64,000 bases of DNA. It comes from Curvularia clavata (taxonomy: Eukaryota). Made by a program: the position numbers and the translations under genes. The stretch spans positions 2,356,001 to 2,420,000 of the forward strand of contig CP089280.1 in assembly GCA_023920165.1 (NCBI GenBank), in the 5' to 3' direction. Positions 1 through 12,100 of the stretch are shown here, piece by piece (the first letter of the stretch is position 1; the number at the start of each line of letters is the position of its first letter). The notes under the pieces are model-generated. The model was given only the letters and a program-made list of their open reading frames with translations, searched no databases and was not told the origin of the DNA.

Positions 1-504
1 AAATGATGTTAACGCTGTCAGGTCCTAGATTCCACTCGGACTTCTTCACTGCTGCTATCACGCCCTTCATCACCTCATTTTTGTACTTGGTGTCGAGTAT
101 CTTCTCTCCAAAATATATGCTTCTGCAAGCAGAACGGAGACTTTCTCTGCTTCTTCAGCTGTTCTTTCCCGTGTGTCATGGCCCTTGTTGTATTGCTTGA
201 CTGACAGGCTACCAGAGTAAAGCCATCTAATGTAGTCGACCACCACTTGCGCAGAATCATCTGGAAGATCCATGACGTCTGGTTGTTCTCTCGAAATAGT
301 CCACTCTGGCTTGATAGCGTTTTGGAAAAAGCTCGAACTCTTACCAAGGACACCTCGATGGACGTTGAGGATTTCCTCTTGAGCGCCTGGTTTTGTAACC
401 CTTAACTTGATAATCACATCGCTCGGCCTAGTCTTGTTAGTCATGCAGGACATAAATTCTAGTCGTCTGGTGTCTTACTCCATATCGCTTCCGTTGTGCA
501 TCAT
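1..504 (-). pseudogene. BTB/POZ-domain protein, 5' part; apparent 1-nt frameshift; runs off the window edge
   Basis: Exon 504-479 (MMHNGSDME), GT..AG intron 478-428, then a fungal BTB-like sequence (LNVHRGVLGKSSSFFQNAIKPEW...MDLPDD...YIRWLY...LAEAYI). The expected continuation GEKILDTKYKNEV lies in a shifted frame after ~nt 110. Confidence 0.65.
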
Positions 505-1459
505 AAATTTTGACTTTCGGATGTTGGGAATATGCCCAATAGATTGATTGGCTGGGTAACTGGAGTATAAGAAGTGAGCAATGACGGACAAAGATTTCCG
601 TTCAAATAGTCAAATGTAAAGAGACCAATATTTCTTTCTAGCATATGCTAAGTACTATCAAAATCATGCGCAAGGTTCTGAACCAGGGGATTACCAGCAG
701 GGTAGCGAACCACTGGCGAATCTCTGTCATGGTAAGTTTTCTCCCCCATGGTTCTTTTTTCGCTACCAAATCACCAACTAGGCACCCAGATATTCGTTTG
801 GCAGGGAACTACGAAGGTTGATGACATTATATGGGATATGGTCATTATCCTATTCTTTATCTTAGCCATGACTAGACACTCTGCTGACCGAAGATTTCCC
901 AGAACAAGCCGCCCTTCAATCATTTACATTCAATATACAACTGAAACACGGCTCATACCATTTTACTCACAGGCTTCAAGATTGACGTAGGTGCTATCAA
1001 AATCTTTGTCACCTATAAGATCGCAATCGTGATACGCAATTATGTTTGAAGGATAAGTGCCAGGACCATGAATCCATGCCACTTCCTAAATGCTGCAGGA
1101 TTATACACGCTTTTGCCTCAGTAAGCATTTGAGGAAGCTGTGAGATCTTGAACAAATAAGATTGTATTGAGGAACTGATCCAAAGTTCGCTTAGGCTTCA
1201 GATGGGTCATGTGGTGAGAATATATACACATGCACTATCAGACTAGTCCTAATCAAGACTACTTCTCGAGTCCGATTATGTGATCTTAGCCTTGATCAGA
1301 TCAAACCTTATCAGATGAGATCAAGTCAGTCTCCATCAGATGAGATTAGTCTCCACTAGTGGATTCCATCAGTGATCAAAACTCATACGTTGCGACAGCA
1401 TTACATTATTAGTGATGGGTATCTCAGACAAATACATAACACTATCCTAAAAACGATTC

Positions 1460-2692
1460 TCACTTAGCCGCCTCCGCAGCCGCCTTTTCGGCAGCCTCTT
1501 CGGCAGCCTCTTGCTGGCGAATTTCTTCCTCCAGCCTCTTCCTTTGACTTTCTCTTGACTCTTTCTTACTTGCTTTTGGACTGAATGAAGAGAACTTTGG
1601 GGTGACAAGCGGTGTGCCATCTACGCTCCTGAATGGTCTGAGCGGTGTTTGGACTGACGCTTCAGGAGGTTTCGCTGCCTCAGCCTCCTGCTTGCGAAGC
1701 TGTTCTTCCAACTTCTTCTTTTCCGCTTGCATTCTCGCCGCCTCTTTCAGCTTCATCATAGCTTCTTCTTCCAAGCTAAACCAAGGCTTTTGACTAGATT
1801 TGTCTTCAGAAGTCGATGTAGATTTTGAAGGTCCAGTTGGGGTGTCCGAAGGCTTGAGGTTGGGTTCGCGACCGGCCCACCGTACAGACTCGAGGGCAGG
1901 AAAGTCCGACTTGGCGTCCATGACAGCGGCGTGCGCATGGTCAATACGGGTGTAGACGATCGAGGCGACAGCCAAAACCTTGCGATGCTTTTCTCCAGAA
2001 AGCCTTATCTTCTTCTCTTTGAGCATCAGGACCATGTCCACTTTGCCGTACTTTGCAAACATGCTCGCAAGCTTCTCCTTGTCCCAGTGCAATGAATCGC
2101 CCTCCCTCTGAAACCTCACTATTACTGCGCGGTCCGTCTCAGAAGAATCGCCCGTCTTGGGCCTGACGTTGGCCTCTTCCGCTTCTTGACGTTTCTTCGC
2201 CCAGCGCTCTTCCTCTTCTTGACGTTCCTTCGCCCAGCGCTCCTGGAGTGCTTCCCTGCGTCTTCTGCCATCCTCGGCTAACCGTTGCATTTGTTGTTCG
2301 GCCTCGTTCATGTCCTCAGGCATCTTCCTCTTCAGGTCGGCTCTCGAATCTTTGCTTTCCTGCTCTCTCCTCTCCAGGTCCTCCTTCATCTTACGCCGTC
2401 GCTCATCTAGCCGCTCATTTTGTAGCGCCTTCTCGCGTCGCCTTGTCCTTGCACGATCGTACTCTCCCTTGAGCTTTTCGTCTATGAGGATGTCGCGCGC
2501 CCATCCTAGGGCGATGAAGCGATCGGCAGCGGTTTTGTCGTCAGGGTTCTTGTCGGGATGGTATTTTATCGATGCCTTTCGGTAGGCTTTCTGAATGGCG
2601 GCTGCCTCGGCATCGAACGCGACTCCGAGGAGTTCGTAGAAATCGTCTGTAGAGGACTTTGCGAGTTCCTCGAGATCTCTGTTGTCGCCCAT
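1460..2692 (-). CDS. cwc23: DnaJ (J-domain) + RRM protein, splicing factor Cwc23/DNAJC17-like
   Basis: 410-aa ORF: J-domain with HPD (DFYELLGV...YHPDKNPD), coiled coil, RRM-like segment (FAKYGKVD), charged C-terminus. Confidence 0.8.
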   Translation of the reverse strand: MGDNRDLEELAKSSTDDFYELLGVAFDAEAAAIQKAYRKASIKYHPDKNPDDKTAADRFIALGWARDILIDEKLKGEYDRARTRRREKALQNERLDERRRKMKEDLERREQESKDSRADLKRKMPEDMNEAEQQMQRLAEDGRRRREALQERWAKERQEEEERWAKKRQEAEEANVRPKTGDSSETDRAVIVRFQREGDSLHWDKEKLASMFAKYGKVDMVLMLKEKKIRLSGEKHRKVLAVASIVYTRIDHAHAAVMDAKSDFPALESVRWAGREPNLKPSDTPTGPSKSTSTSEDKSSQKPWFSLEEEAMMKLKEAARMQAEKKKLEEQLRKQEAEAAKPPEASVQTPLRPFRSVDGTPLVTPKFSSFSPKASKKESRESQRKRLEEEIRQQEAAEEAAEKAAAEAAK

Positions 2693-2987
2693 TGCGCCAA
2701 AGGGCCAACGGCAGGTGTGAGGCGAAGATGCGCTTCTGTTGGTGGGACGTAGTTTGCGCGTGCCTGGTTGAGATCGCCGTAAAGATATTCAGAAAGTCGC
2801 AAGTCGAGTCAACGAGGCAGAAGGACGCAGAAGATGGACGCCCACTAGCGCACCTTTTGAGCTGGGGTTATGTGTTATACCGCTTTAGGTCTGGGCTAAG
2901 GGTAGCTGCATTAGCGCGCCAGATCTTCGGAAACAGCGTCGAAAGACTTTCACTGCGCGTGAAGCTGCAATCTGACCTCCACCACGA

Positions 2988-4454
2988 ATGTCAGTCGCGT
3001 CCTCCGTCAAACGTGCAGTCATGGCCACTCCACCAACAGAGAGTCGCAAAAAGGTGCTGGAAGGAATTTTCGCCGTTAACAAGACACAATGGGCGTCTTC
3101 GGCCGGCGTCCTACGTGACCTGCAAGAACATTTCGCCCGTTCCTCCCTGATTGCGCCTTGGCTGGAGAGCCAGAAACGGTCGCTTATCTTGTCGCATGCA
3201 AAACCAAAACACATCAACAACCTCAAAGTGAAGCTCGGCCATGGCGGGACTCTGGATCCAATGGCGACTGGTGTCTTGATCGTCGGGCTAGGAAAGGGCA
3301 CAAAATGTCTACAGCGTTTCCTGGAATGTACCAAAACATACGAATGTGTCGTGCTGTTTGGAGCCGCCACAGACAGTTACGATGCTGTAGGAAAGGTGGT
3401 GAGCAAAGCACCGTACGAGCATGTCACGAAAGAGCTAGTGGAAGAGAAGCTTGCGCAATTCCGGGGCAAGATTATGCAGAAGCCCAGTGTCTTCTCAGCG
3501 CTCAAGGTTGACGGTAAGAAGATGTACGAATACGCAAGAGAAGGCAAAGAGATACCTGAAGTAGCTGCACGACCGGTAGAGGTGGAGGAACTGGAGCTTG
3601 TAGAGTGGTTTGAGCCAGGAAGCCATGACTATGCGTGGCCAAAGGAAGAGGTCGATGACACCGAAATGGAAGGCGCAAAAAAGCTGCTTGGTATCAGGGA
3701 AGAAGATGCAAAGGTTCATGCGAACACCATGGCGCGAAAGGGACGAAAGCGGTCGCGGTCGCCGGAGAGCGACAGCGTTGAAGGTGCCGGGAAGCAACCA
3801 AAGATTCCAAAGTCAGACACTGAGCCAGCCATGTCTGGTGCTTTGCCATCACAGGACGCGTCAGCAGAGGCAGCCGGAACACCTCAGGATGCCGCAGCGA
3901 AATCCATAGTTGATCCACAGCCACCAACAGAAGAGAGACCAGCAACCTCAGTCGAGCAAGCAGAAGCAGTAGACGAAGCACAAACACAGAGTGACGCACC
4001 CTCATCCACACCGTCCCAACTGGCACAGCCCCCGGCTGCCCGCCTGCGCATGACTGTCACATCTGGCTTCTACGTCCGTTCGCTCTGCCACGACCTCGGT
4101 CTCGCCTGCTCCTCCCTTGGCTTAATGTCTTCTCTGATCCGCTCTCGTCAGGGCGCCTACACTCTTGGCAAGAATGTTATCGAGCTCTCTGATTTTGACT
4201 CTCCTGAAAAATGGGAGCCCCAGCTTCAGCAGCAGCTTGAAGAATTCATGGAAAAAGAGGGCTGGGAAGCAGAGGAGCTAGAGGATGATGAAACCTGGCA
4301 ACAGAAGAAAAAAGAGCGCCTAAGTGAGAGGAGAGAGGACGACCGGGATAGGAGTTACCGAGGCAGTGGGAAGAACAAGTGGAATAAGGGCAAAGGAAAG
4401 TACTCGGGCAACCGGTACTCCAAGAACATGGATGGAGGGAAAAAGGAAGCTTAA
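2988..4454 (+). CDS. PUS4: tRNA pseudouridine-55 synthase (TruB family)
   Basis: Catalytic KLGHGGTLDPMATG motif, K-x-Y motif, SALKVDGKKMYEYAREG and VTSGFYVRSLCHDLG. Confidence 0.92.
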   Translation: MSVASSVKRAVMATPPTESRKKVLEGIFAVNKTQWASSAGVLRDLQEHFARSSLIAPWLESQKRSLILSHAKPKHINNLKVKLGHGGTLDPMATGVLIVGLGKGTKCLQRFLECTKTYECVVLFGAATDSYDAVGKVVSKAPYEHVTKELVEEKLAQFRGKIMQKPSVFSALKVDGKKMYEYAREGKEIPEVAARPVEVEELELVEWFEPGSHDYAWPKEEVDDTEMEGAKKLLGIREEDAKVHANTMARKGRKRSRSPESDSVEGAGKQPKIPKSDTEPAMSGALPSQDASAEAAGTPQDAAAKSIVDPQPPTEERPATSVEQAEAVDEAQTQSDAPSSTPSQLAQPPAARLRMTVTSGFYVRSLCHDLGLACSSLGLMSSLIRSRQGAYTLGKNVIELSDFDSPEKWEPQLQQQLEEFMEKEGWEAEELEDDETWQQKKKERLSERREDDRDRSYRGSGKNKWNKGKGKYSGNRYSKNMDGGKKEA

Positions 4455-4627
4455 GAATTTCTTGATGATGGAATGGTATTGATTTTCTAAAAAGAAAAGA
4501 CCAGAAAACTATATATTGATACCCCGCAACAGCGCCTTCTAATTTAGGTTGCAAGTTTGGTAGATTAGCATTCGCCAATGACACAAGATGTGCATAGATG
4601 CAGTACTTTAAAGAAAAAACTCCTTCT

Positions 4628-6139
4628 TCAGACGTCCACTTCAGAATTTCTCCGACTTGAACTTTGCCTCACGCTCCGAAAACTACCGTGAGTATCAGCG
4701 TCCGAAGCACCATGCACCTCGTCCTTCCTATCTTCGTGGTTTATGAAGAGAAAAGAGAGCACCATGATCGCAGCACCGACCCAGTATAGAGCGCTGGCGT
4801 ACTGCGAGTCCAGCACCATCTGTCCAACCAGTGAACATGGAATCGTCAGACTAAGGCCGACAGTAACGATAAGCGGCGATGTAAGCAACATGGCATATGC
4901 CCAGCAAAAGTCTGAAACGAGGGATGACGCGCTGTTGATGAGGACAATGTTGAGAATGCGGGATGTAGGCGGGAGCTCGAACGGCTCGATGCCAGTAAAA
5001 TGCAGAATGATGAATCCAGGCCAGAGAAGCAGAACGTTGGATAGTCCAACCAGACCGAAGAAGAGGGGCATGTTGACCTTTGTCTCATCGCCAATCTTAG
5101 CCTTCATGAAAACAGTGTAGAAGCCGTATAAAACAGCAGACACAAACGCCATCACATCGCCGATCGCCAGCTCGCGGGGTGTTTTGTGTGGGAAAGACCC
5201 GCGATTTTCGTCGGTGTCGCCGGATACATCGACCATGGATATCAGAGCTACACCACCCAGAGAGGCGAGAACACCGACCAGCTTAAGCAAGGTAAAGCGC
5301 TCGACGCGCATCAAAGAGCCCAGCAACAACGTCCAGATACTCGATGTGGAAGCCAGAATGGTAGAGCTGGCGACCGTGGTGTATTCCAGACAAGCCGCCG
5401 CAAAATAGTTTGCCAGAAACCAGAGTACGCAGAATTCGAGCGCTAGTTTCGCCGTATCATGCAGTGTCAACCCTTCCTCAGCATCTGCGCCTACGTCTCT
5501 TGCGCTGCCTAAACTGTGTGATCCATGGATGGATGACGCCAGCAATACCTCGGCGGCTTCATCATTCTGAGTCTTGTTCGAAGGCGCCAAAGAAGAACCA
5601 GATTCGTGCTCGCGGAGCAGTGTCCATTTCCCAGCCTTGCGTTGCAAAAGTTCGTAAATGCGTGTGAGAAGCGGTTGGCGAGGTTGGCGAGCGATGTTCG
5701 GTTGGCGGTAGTCGACCCAGAGGCAATGTAGAAGCATGGGTAGTAAGGGTAGGATGAAGAAGGCGGTATTGATGTAGGTTACGAAGTAGGGTTTCGAAAA
5801 CGAGTTGTCTGCAAATATGGTCTGCTCATACGTTAATTTCTATATGGTACTGGTGCTGACAGATCAGATGGAAGGCCAACTTACACTTGCCAGGAAGTTA
5901 CTCGCAGTCCACAGAAACACCGTCGCAAGGAGGAGCGTTATTCCAACAGCATGTCTGATTTTGCCTCCCCACACTGCCTTCTGCTCCTTCCCATCTGTCC
6001 ACTGGCTGGCTTCGCTGGCTGGGCTCTCAAGGTAATCCTCGCCTCGCATGTACGCGCTCTCGTCGGAGACGTCGCTCACGTCGCTCACGCGAGGACTGAG
6101 GGGCGTGGTTTCGACCAGCTCTTCCCGCCGGGGTATCAT
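4628..6139 (-). CDS. EamA/DMT-family (SLC35F5/Thi74-like) multi-pass membrane transporter
   Basis: Exons 6139-5885 and 5821-4628 join in frame across a GT..AG intron (FLAS|TIFADNSFSKPYFVTYINT). Multiple TM helices; LTSPLIVTVGLSLTIP motif. Confidence 0.85.
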
Positions 6140-6707
6140 GGTTGAGAAAAGTGGTAGAGATTATCGCGGCTGGGCTCGCGTGATGGGCAAGTCAGGGAGG
6201 GTCCTCGGGGATAAACGGAGTCACGGCTGGAGATTGCGTGGAGGCATGAAACAGGATCCGAGTGCCCATCAATTAGTCGGTGAAGGAAGGGAGAGATGAG
6301 GAACTGCGGTTGCACGGGGTGCTTCGGAGTGACACGCGGACAGCAGCGAACTATTATGTTGATTCGGGGGGGTTCTTGTCTCAGATGGCGGTACTAGGGT
6401 CCCGCGTGAGCCACAGTTGGGTGTGGCTGACCCACGCTACTGCGGCTATTCGGCGCATGCATCAGCACGAGCTGACATCACCCTTGTACCGAGAGATATC
6501 GATGATGTATATTGGTATGCAGCTACGTAGGCTTTCCATCGTTAAAGTCATGTCCCCGCAAAAAAATAAGTTACAAGATATGCTTCCTCCACAAGAAGTA
6601 TGCCAAAACACCAAACTCCATTCCAACTCCAAATGCAAGGCGGCATTTCGGCGGGTAGATAATCACTTGGCCTTCTCATAGACGTCGCTGATTTGTCGCG
6701 GCGTACA

Positions 6708-7658
6708 CTAGCATGCGCAGCCACCCTCGTTGCCCTTGAGGTCAATCGGGATTGTCTCCGGGAAATCGTTGCCGAAGTCACCTACGTCTTCTTGCGCGAG
6801 AGCTTGTCGTGCAATGACTACAAATGTTAGCTATCACTGACTCTAGTTTGCCTGAAGGACCTGGCGTACCCTCGAAAGCTTGCTCAACGTTGATCGCCTC
6901 TTTGGCACTGGTTTCGAAGTAGGGAATGCCGCCCTTTGACTGGCAAAAGGTCATGGCGCGCTTGGACGAAATCTATTTCTCGGGTCAGACAAATTTGCAA
7001 GTCGCCAGCGCATGTAACACTCACCATCCTTTTGCTTTCTTCGACATCGATCTTGTTACCGATAACAACCTGTACTTATCAGTAAACCGCCTTTTTGCCG
7101 TATCTTGGACATCCACCCACAAATGGAAAGCTCTCTGGGTCCATAGGGCTAGCCTGTACGAGGAACTCGTCCCTCCAGCTGTCCAGTGTATCGAAACTCT
7201 TCGAGTTGTTGACGTCGTATACGAGCACGCAGCAGTCAGCTCCACGGTAGAAGGCAACGCCCAGCGATTGGAAGCGCTCTTGACCGGCTGTGTCCCAGAG
7301 CTGTGCTCTATTAGCCTGCTGTTGATCCAGGCAATCAGCACACACCCACCTGCATCGTGACAAGCCTGTCATCAACGAGCACTTCCTTGGTCAGGAAATC
7401 GGCGCCGATGGTCGCTTTGTAGCTTGCGCTGAACTTCTTGTTGACCTGATCACTTTGCGTAAGCACTGCCGTGTGGTTTCAAGCCGCTGCCTTGTTGTCT
7501 CAGAGCTGGATTCCAGGGCTTTCGTACATATTGGTTCATCAAGCTCGTCTTGCCGACCCCGCTGTCCCCGAGGATAATGACCTGTGCGCATTAGCTATGA
7601 TTCGGCGTCTGGCACGAAGCTTCTTTACCTTGAGAAGAACCTTCTTTCTTGAAGCCAT
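6708..7658 (-). CDS. YPT7: Rab7/Ypt7 small GTPase (multi-exon)
   Basis: Exons read [49 protein letters not shown]...|[29 protein letters not shown] and ETSAK motifs; C-terminal GCAC* (CxC prenylation). Confidence 0.95.
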
Positions 7659-8526
7659 GGTGTGATTTGTGTGCGCAAAGTGCGGAACTAGGTGCGGCGC
7701 GATTGACTCAAGGCGCGAAGCTCAGTAGTCTGCGACGTCAAGCCGGGTGGAATGCGGGGTTGTATAGCAAGGACGTCGATGGCCGGCCCTGAAGATCGGG
7801 GGTTCTGGAGGGCTTTTCTCGAGAAACCGGGGAGCTGAAAGCGTTCTATGCGCAGGTACGGTGAGGAGATGTACAGCTCTGCTGCCAACAATCGATGATG
7901 GTTGATGTCAAGGCTGGGCACGGACTCTGCGCTAGGCTGCCCGCCCCATCATTTGATAACATCTGAGCTCGGTCCAGCCGCGCACCCACCTGACCGTCCC
8001 TTCACCCTTGCTTCTACGTGTCACCGACAGGCATTTCCCCTCTCTTACCCCTCTGCACTCCTCTCTACAGCAACCGCTTACCCGCGTGGCGTATGCTTCT
8101 CTAAAGCTGTTGCAAAGCCTCAAAGTCCAGTGGTGACTCGAGATGCCAGCTAACCTAAAGCCCATGGATTTCGTTGCTCACCATCTGCTCATCAAGGATA
8201 ACAGTTTACCTCGGCCGCAGCGAACATAGTAGAAGAACACGTGACTATCCGCTTCGAAAAATATCCTTGCAAAATACCTCGAGTAACCCTCAAACAATCA
8301 GCGAGAGCAAGCATAGTAATCCTTGTTGCATTGTCGGAGTAGACGTGACGGTGATACTAGCGTCTAAGATGTCATGAAAGCAATTCTTTCAAGCCACGTG
8401 CTACGAGAGACCACACCCGACAGAAGATAATCAAGCATTTTGCTCGATTCGCTATCCCAGGCTTTGTGGCTACATGGCTGATATAAAGAAACTTGTATAT
8501 TGTCGAAAGCACGAAAACTCATACTA

Positions 8527-8605
8527 ATGTCCTTCCCCGAGTGCTGGGACACCCGCCGTGCTGGGACAAATGAGGGGTACTTTGACTTTCAGCACTTCGC
8601 TTTCT
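8527..8605 (+). repeat. Left terminal inverted repeat
   Basis: ATGTCCTTCCCCGAGTGCTGGGACACCCGCCGTGCTGGGACAAATGAGGGGTACTTTGACTTTCAGCACTTCGCTTTCT; matches the reverse complement of 16248-16326. Confidence 0.95.
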
Positions 8606-9192
8606 ATGTCCGCGCTGAGAATCGCTAGTAACTTGTGTTGCCTATATGCTAGAGGTATTTATAAACATATCTTAACACTTCTACCGAAAAATTACATCGC
8701 TATTACTACTCTTATTGCGTAAGTTACAACAGACCTTTCTTTCGTGCACGACGGTGTTGCTTTGCTACAATCCTGTATAGAACCTTGCAGCGTCTAAGAA
8801 ACTCTAAGAAATTGCAGTTATGCCTAAGTGACCTTACGACAGCGCGGTAAGCTACGTTTGACCTTGTGGCGCCTACAACACCTATATTCATACAAGATCG
8901 CAGTCGTGATCAGTACCTCGGCTCGTTCGGAGCGGCTCTGCAAATCTTATGTAACTATGTTTAGGTAATTAGTAAACTAATAGTTAATTATATCTCTAGC
9001 GGCTGTTAGGGCTGTGGCGCAGCACTAATAGGCGGTTTGAGCATATGAGCTCTAGCGGAGGTCGTCCTTAAGGGAGATTGTTAACAACTAGTTAGAACTG
9101 TAACTGCTACATATCGATTACTTATAACTATTACGCCGGAAAACTTGTACTAGTTATATTTTTTATCAATATGAGTCCATGTAATTATAGCG

Positions 9193-12100
9193 CTAGAGAA
9201 TTCTAAGCAAAACCACACGGCCAGACATAAGCCCTAGACAAGCTACTTGGTCGTGTACTATAGTCAAGCTTGATCGACACTCTGGCGGAAGCCATAGGAA
9301 GCGTTGTTGGTTGCGGAATATCCACTGATCCTGCACTCGAATATACGAGCACTGCGACCTTGGCTTCAAGAGTGATGTGCCAACTATAGCTTGAGGTAAA
9401 GGGATATCGCCTTGGTACGTGTGAAGTACCCGGCTATCTGGCGAGAAGCTGATATACGAAGTGAAGCCATAAGGGCTATCTAGCGTACTGCGACATGTCC
9501 CCGTCGCCGCTTCCCACAGCCGTACTGTGTTGTCTTCAGATGACGACGCGACTAGCTGCCCATCTGGCGAGAAGGCCACCGCCCTAACCCGCTTGGAATG
9601 GCCCTTGAGCGTGCTGCGACACGTCCCCGTTGACGCTTCCCACAGCCGTACTGTCTTATCAAAAGATGCCGACGCAACTATCTGCCCGTCAGGCGAGAAG
9701 GCTACCGCCCAGATGTCTGAGGAATGGCCCTTAAGCGTGCTACGACACGTCCCCGTTGACGCCTCCCATAGCCGTACTGTCATGTCATCAGACGCTGACG
9801 CAACTAGCTGCCCGTCAGGCGAGAAGGCTACCGCCCATACATCTGAGGAATGGCCCTTAAGCGTGCTGTGACACGTCCCTGTCGCCACTTCCCACAGCCG
9901 TACTGTCTTGTCTAAAGATGCTGACGCAACTAGCTGTCCGTTTGGCGAGAAGGCTACTGCGTTGACACTCCTAGAATGGCCCTCGAGCGTGCTGCGACAT
10001 GTCCCTGTAGCCACCTCCCACAGCCGTACTGTGTCTTCAAAAGATGCTGACGCAACTAGCTGCCCGTCTGGTGAGAAGGCTAACGCCTTAACACTTGTAA
10101 AATGGCCCTCGAGTATGCTGCGATGCGTCCCCGTCACTACCTCCCACAGCCGCACTGTGTTATCAGAAGACGCTGATGCGACTAGCTGCCCGTCTGGCGA
10201 GAAGGCCACCGCCCAGACATTCATGGAATGGCCCATGAACGTGCTGCGACATGTCCCCGTTGACGCCTCCCATAGCCGCACTGTCGTGTCGCCAAGTGCC
10301 AATGCGACTAGCTGCCCGTCTGGCGAGAAGGCCACATCGTGGGCATACGATGAACTGCCCTTGAGCGTACTGCGATACGTCCCTGTCGCTGCCTCCCACA
10401 GCTGTACTGTGTTTTGGTCTAGCGGGAAGGATCCAGGGTTGTCAGGCGAGGAAATGCCCTCTAGCGTGCTGCGACACGTCCCCGTCACTGCCTCCCACAG
10501 CCGTACTGTCTTGTCGCCAGATCCCGACGCGACTAGCTGCCCGTCTGGCGAGAAGGCCACCGAGTTGCCTAAAGATGCTGACGCGACTAGCTGCCCGTCT
10601 GGTGAGAAGGCCACTGCGCCGACATATGAGGAATGGCCCTCGAGCGTGCTACGACACGTCCCTGTCGCCGCCTCCCACAGCCGTACTGTCTTGTCATCAG
10701 ACGCTGACGCGACTAGCTGCCCATCTGGCGAGAAGGCCACCGCCCTAACTCGCTCAGAATGGCCCTCGAGCGTACTGCGACACGTCCCTGTCGCCGCTTC
10801 CCACAACCGCACTGTCTTGTCATCAGACGCTGACGCAACTAGCTGCCTATCTGGCGAGAAGACCATTGCGCTAACTCGCTCAGAATGGCCCGCAAATGTG
10901 CTACAACACGTCCCTGTCGCCGCTTCCCACAACCGCACTGTCTTGTCATCAGATGCTGACGCGACTAGCTGCCCGTCTGGCGAGAAGGCTATCGCTGTAA
11001 TATATGAGGAATGGCCCTCAAGCGTGCTACGACACGTCCCTGTTGCCGCCTCCCACAGCCGTACTGTCTTGTCATAAGATGCCGACGCAACTAGTTGCCC
11101 GTCTGGCGAGAAGGCCACTGCGCCAACACCTGAGGAATGGCCCTCGAGCGTACTGCGACATGCGTCCCAGTCGGCTTCTTTCATAGATAGCATCTTGACC
11201 TTTTCTGGCACTTGGTCTACAAATGTTTGTCGTATTAGGCTCTTCTCTGGTGCGAACACTAGCGCTGAGTAATAGATCTGCAACGGTGAATCTGCAAGCA
11301 CAGATTGGAACCGCAGCACGAACCGCTTAGCGTCATGAAGAAAGTCTAAAACTAGCTCTGAAGAGGGCTATATTATATATTAGTAGAGTTGTAGGAATAT
11401 TTCCCTATAAAGATCTTACACTAGTAAGTGCCTGAAGGCTGTTAAGCAAGTTGACGCATCTGCTCGATTCTCTTACAAGGCTCATAGCTTCAAGCCAATG
11501 AAGAAGGTGCTTCTGTAGAAAGAGATGCGTCACGTCCCTGTCGACGATGCCTTGCCCACTCTGCTTGAGATGGTCAACCCAGTAGCGACACGCATATTGT
11601 AGATCAGGCGGCAGCCTAGTAGCGACTGTCTGCTCATCTACCTCGCTCCTTAGTACTCCAGGGCCTGGAAGGCCGCATATGTCCTGATGAAGACCGCCAG
11701 ATCCAGACATAAGCTCAAGGCAGCGAGATGCAAGCTTCTGGTGTGTCCTTTTCTCATCCACCCAGAACGGGCTCTTTCCTTGCTTTTGGGGGTCGAGGAG
11801 GAACTCGCGAAAGGACAGGTGGAGTGGCCTGATAGGAACGTCCTCCCTGTCAGGAATACTAAGAACGGAGTGCAAGGCATCTAACCGGCATTCGACTTGT
11901 TTCTTCGGAACTTGAAGGAGGCGCGCAAGGGGGCTGATAGGAAGTGGACTTGCTAAGATAACTATGCTACCTACGAGTTCACGGAAGACGCGCAGCCAAT
12001 CTTCTCTATCTCTTTCTTCCTGCTCAACAAGCAACTGGTCTAGGACGGGAAGGTAGGTTCGGTCGAGCTGTGAAAAAGCTGTTTTTGGATACTGCAAGAC

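Noticed and set aside
9527..11077. Repetitive plus-strand ORFs (114 and 389 aa)
   Set aside because: Antisense shadows of the WD40 array.
9440..11160. Regularly spaced repeats resembling a CRISPR array
   Set aside because: They are 126-bp in-frame coding WD units without unique spacers, in eukaryotic DNA.
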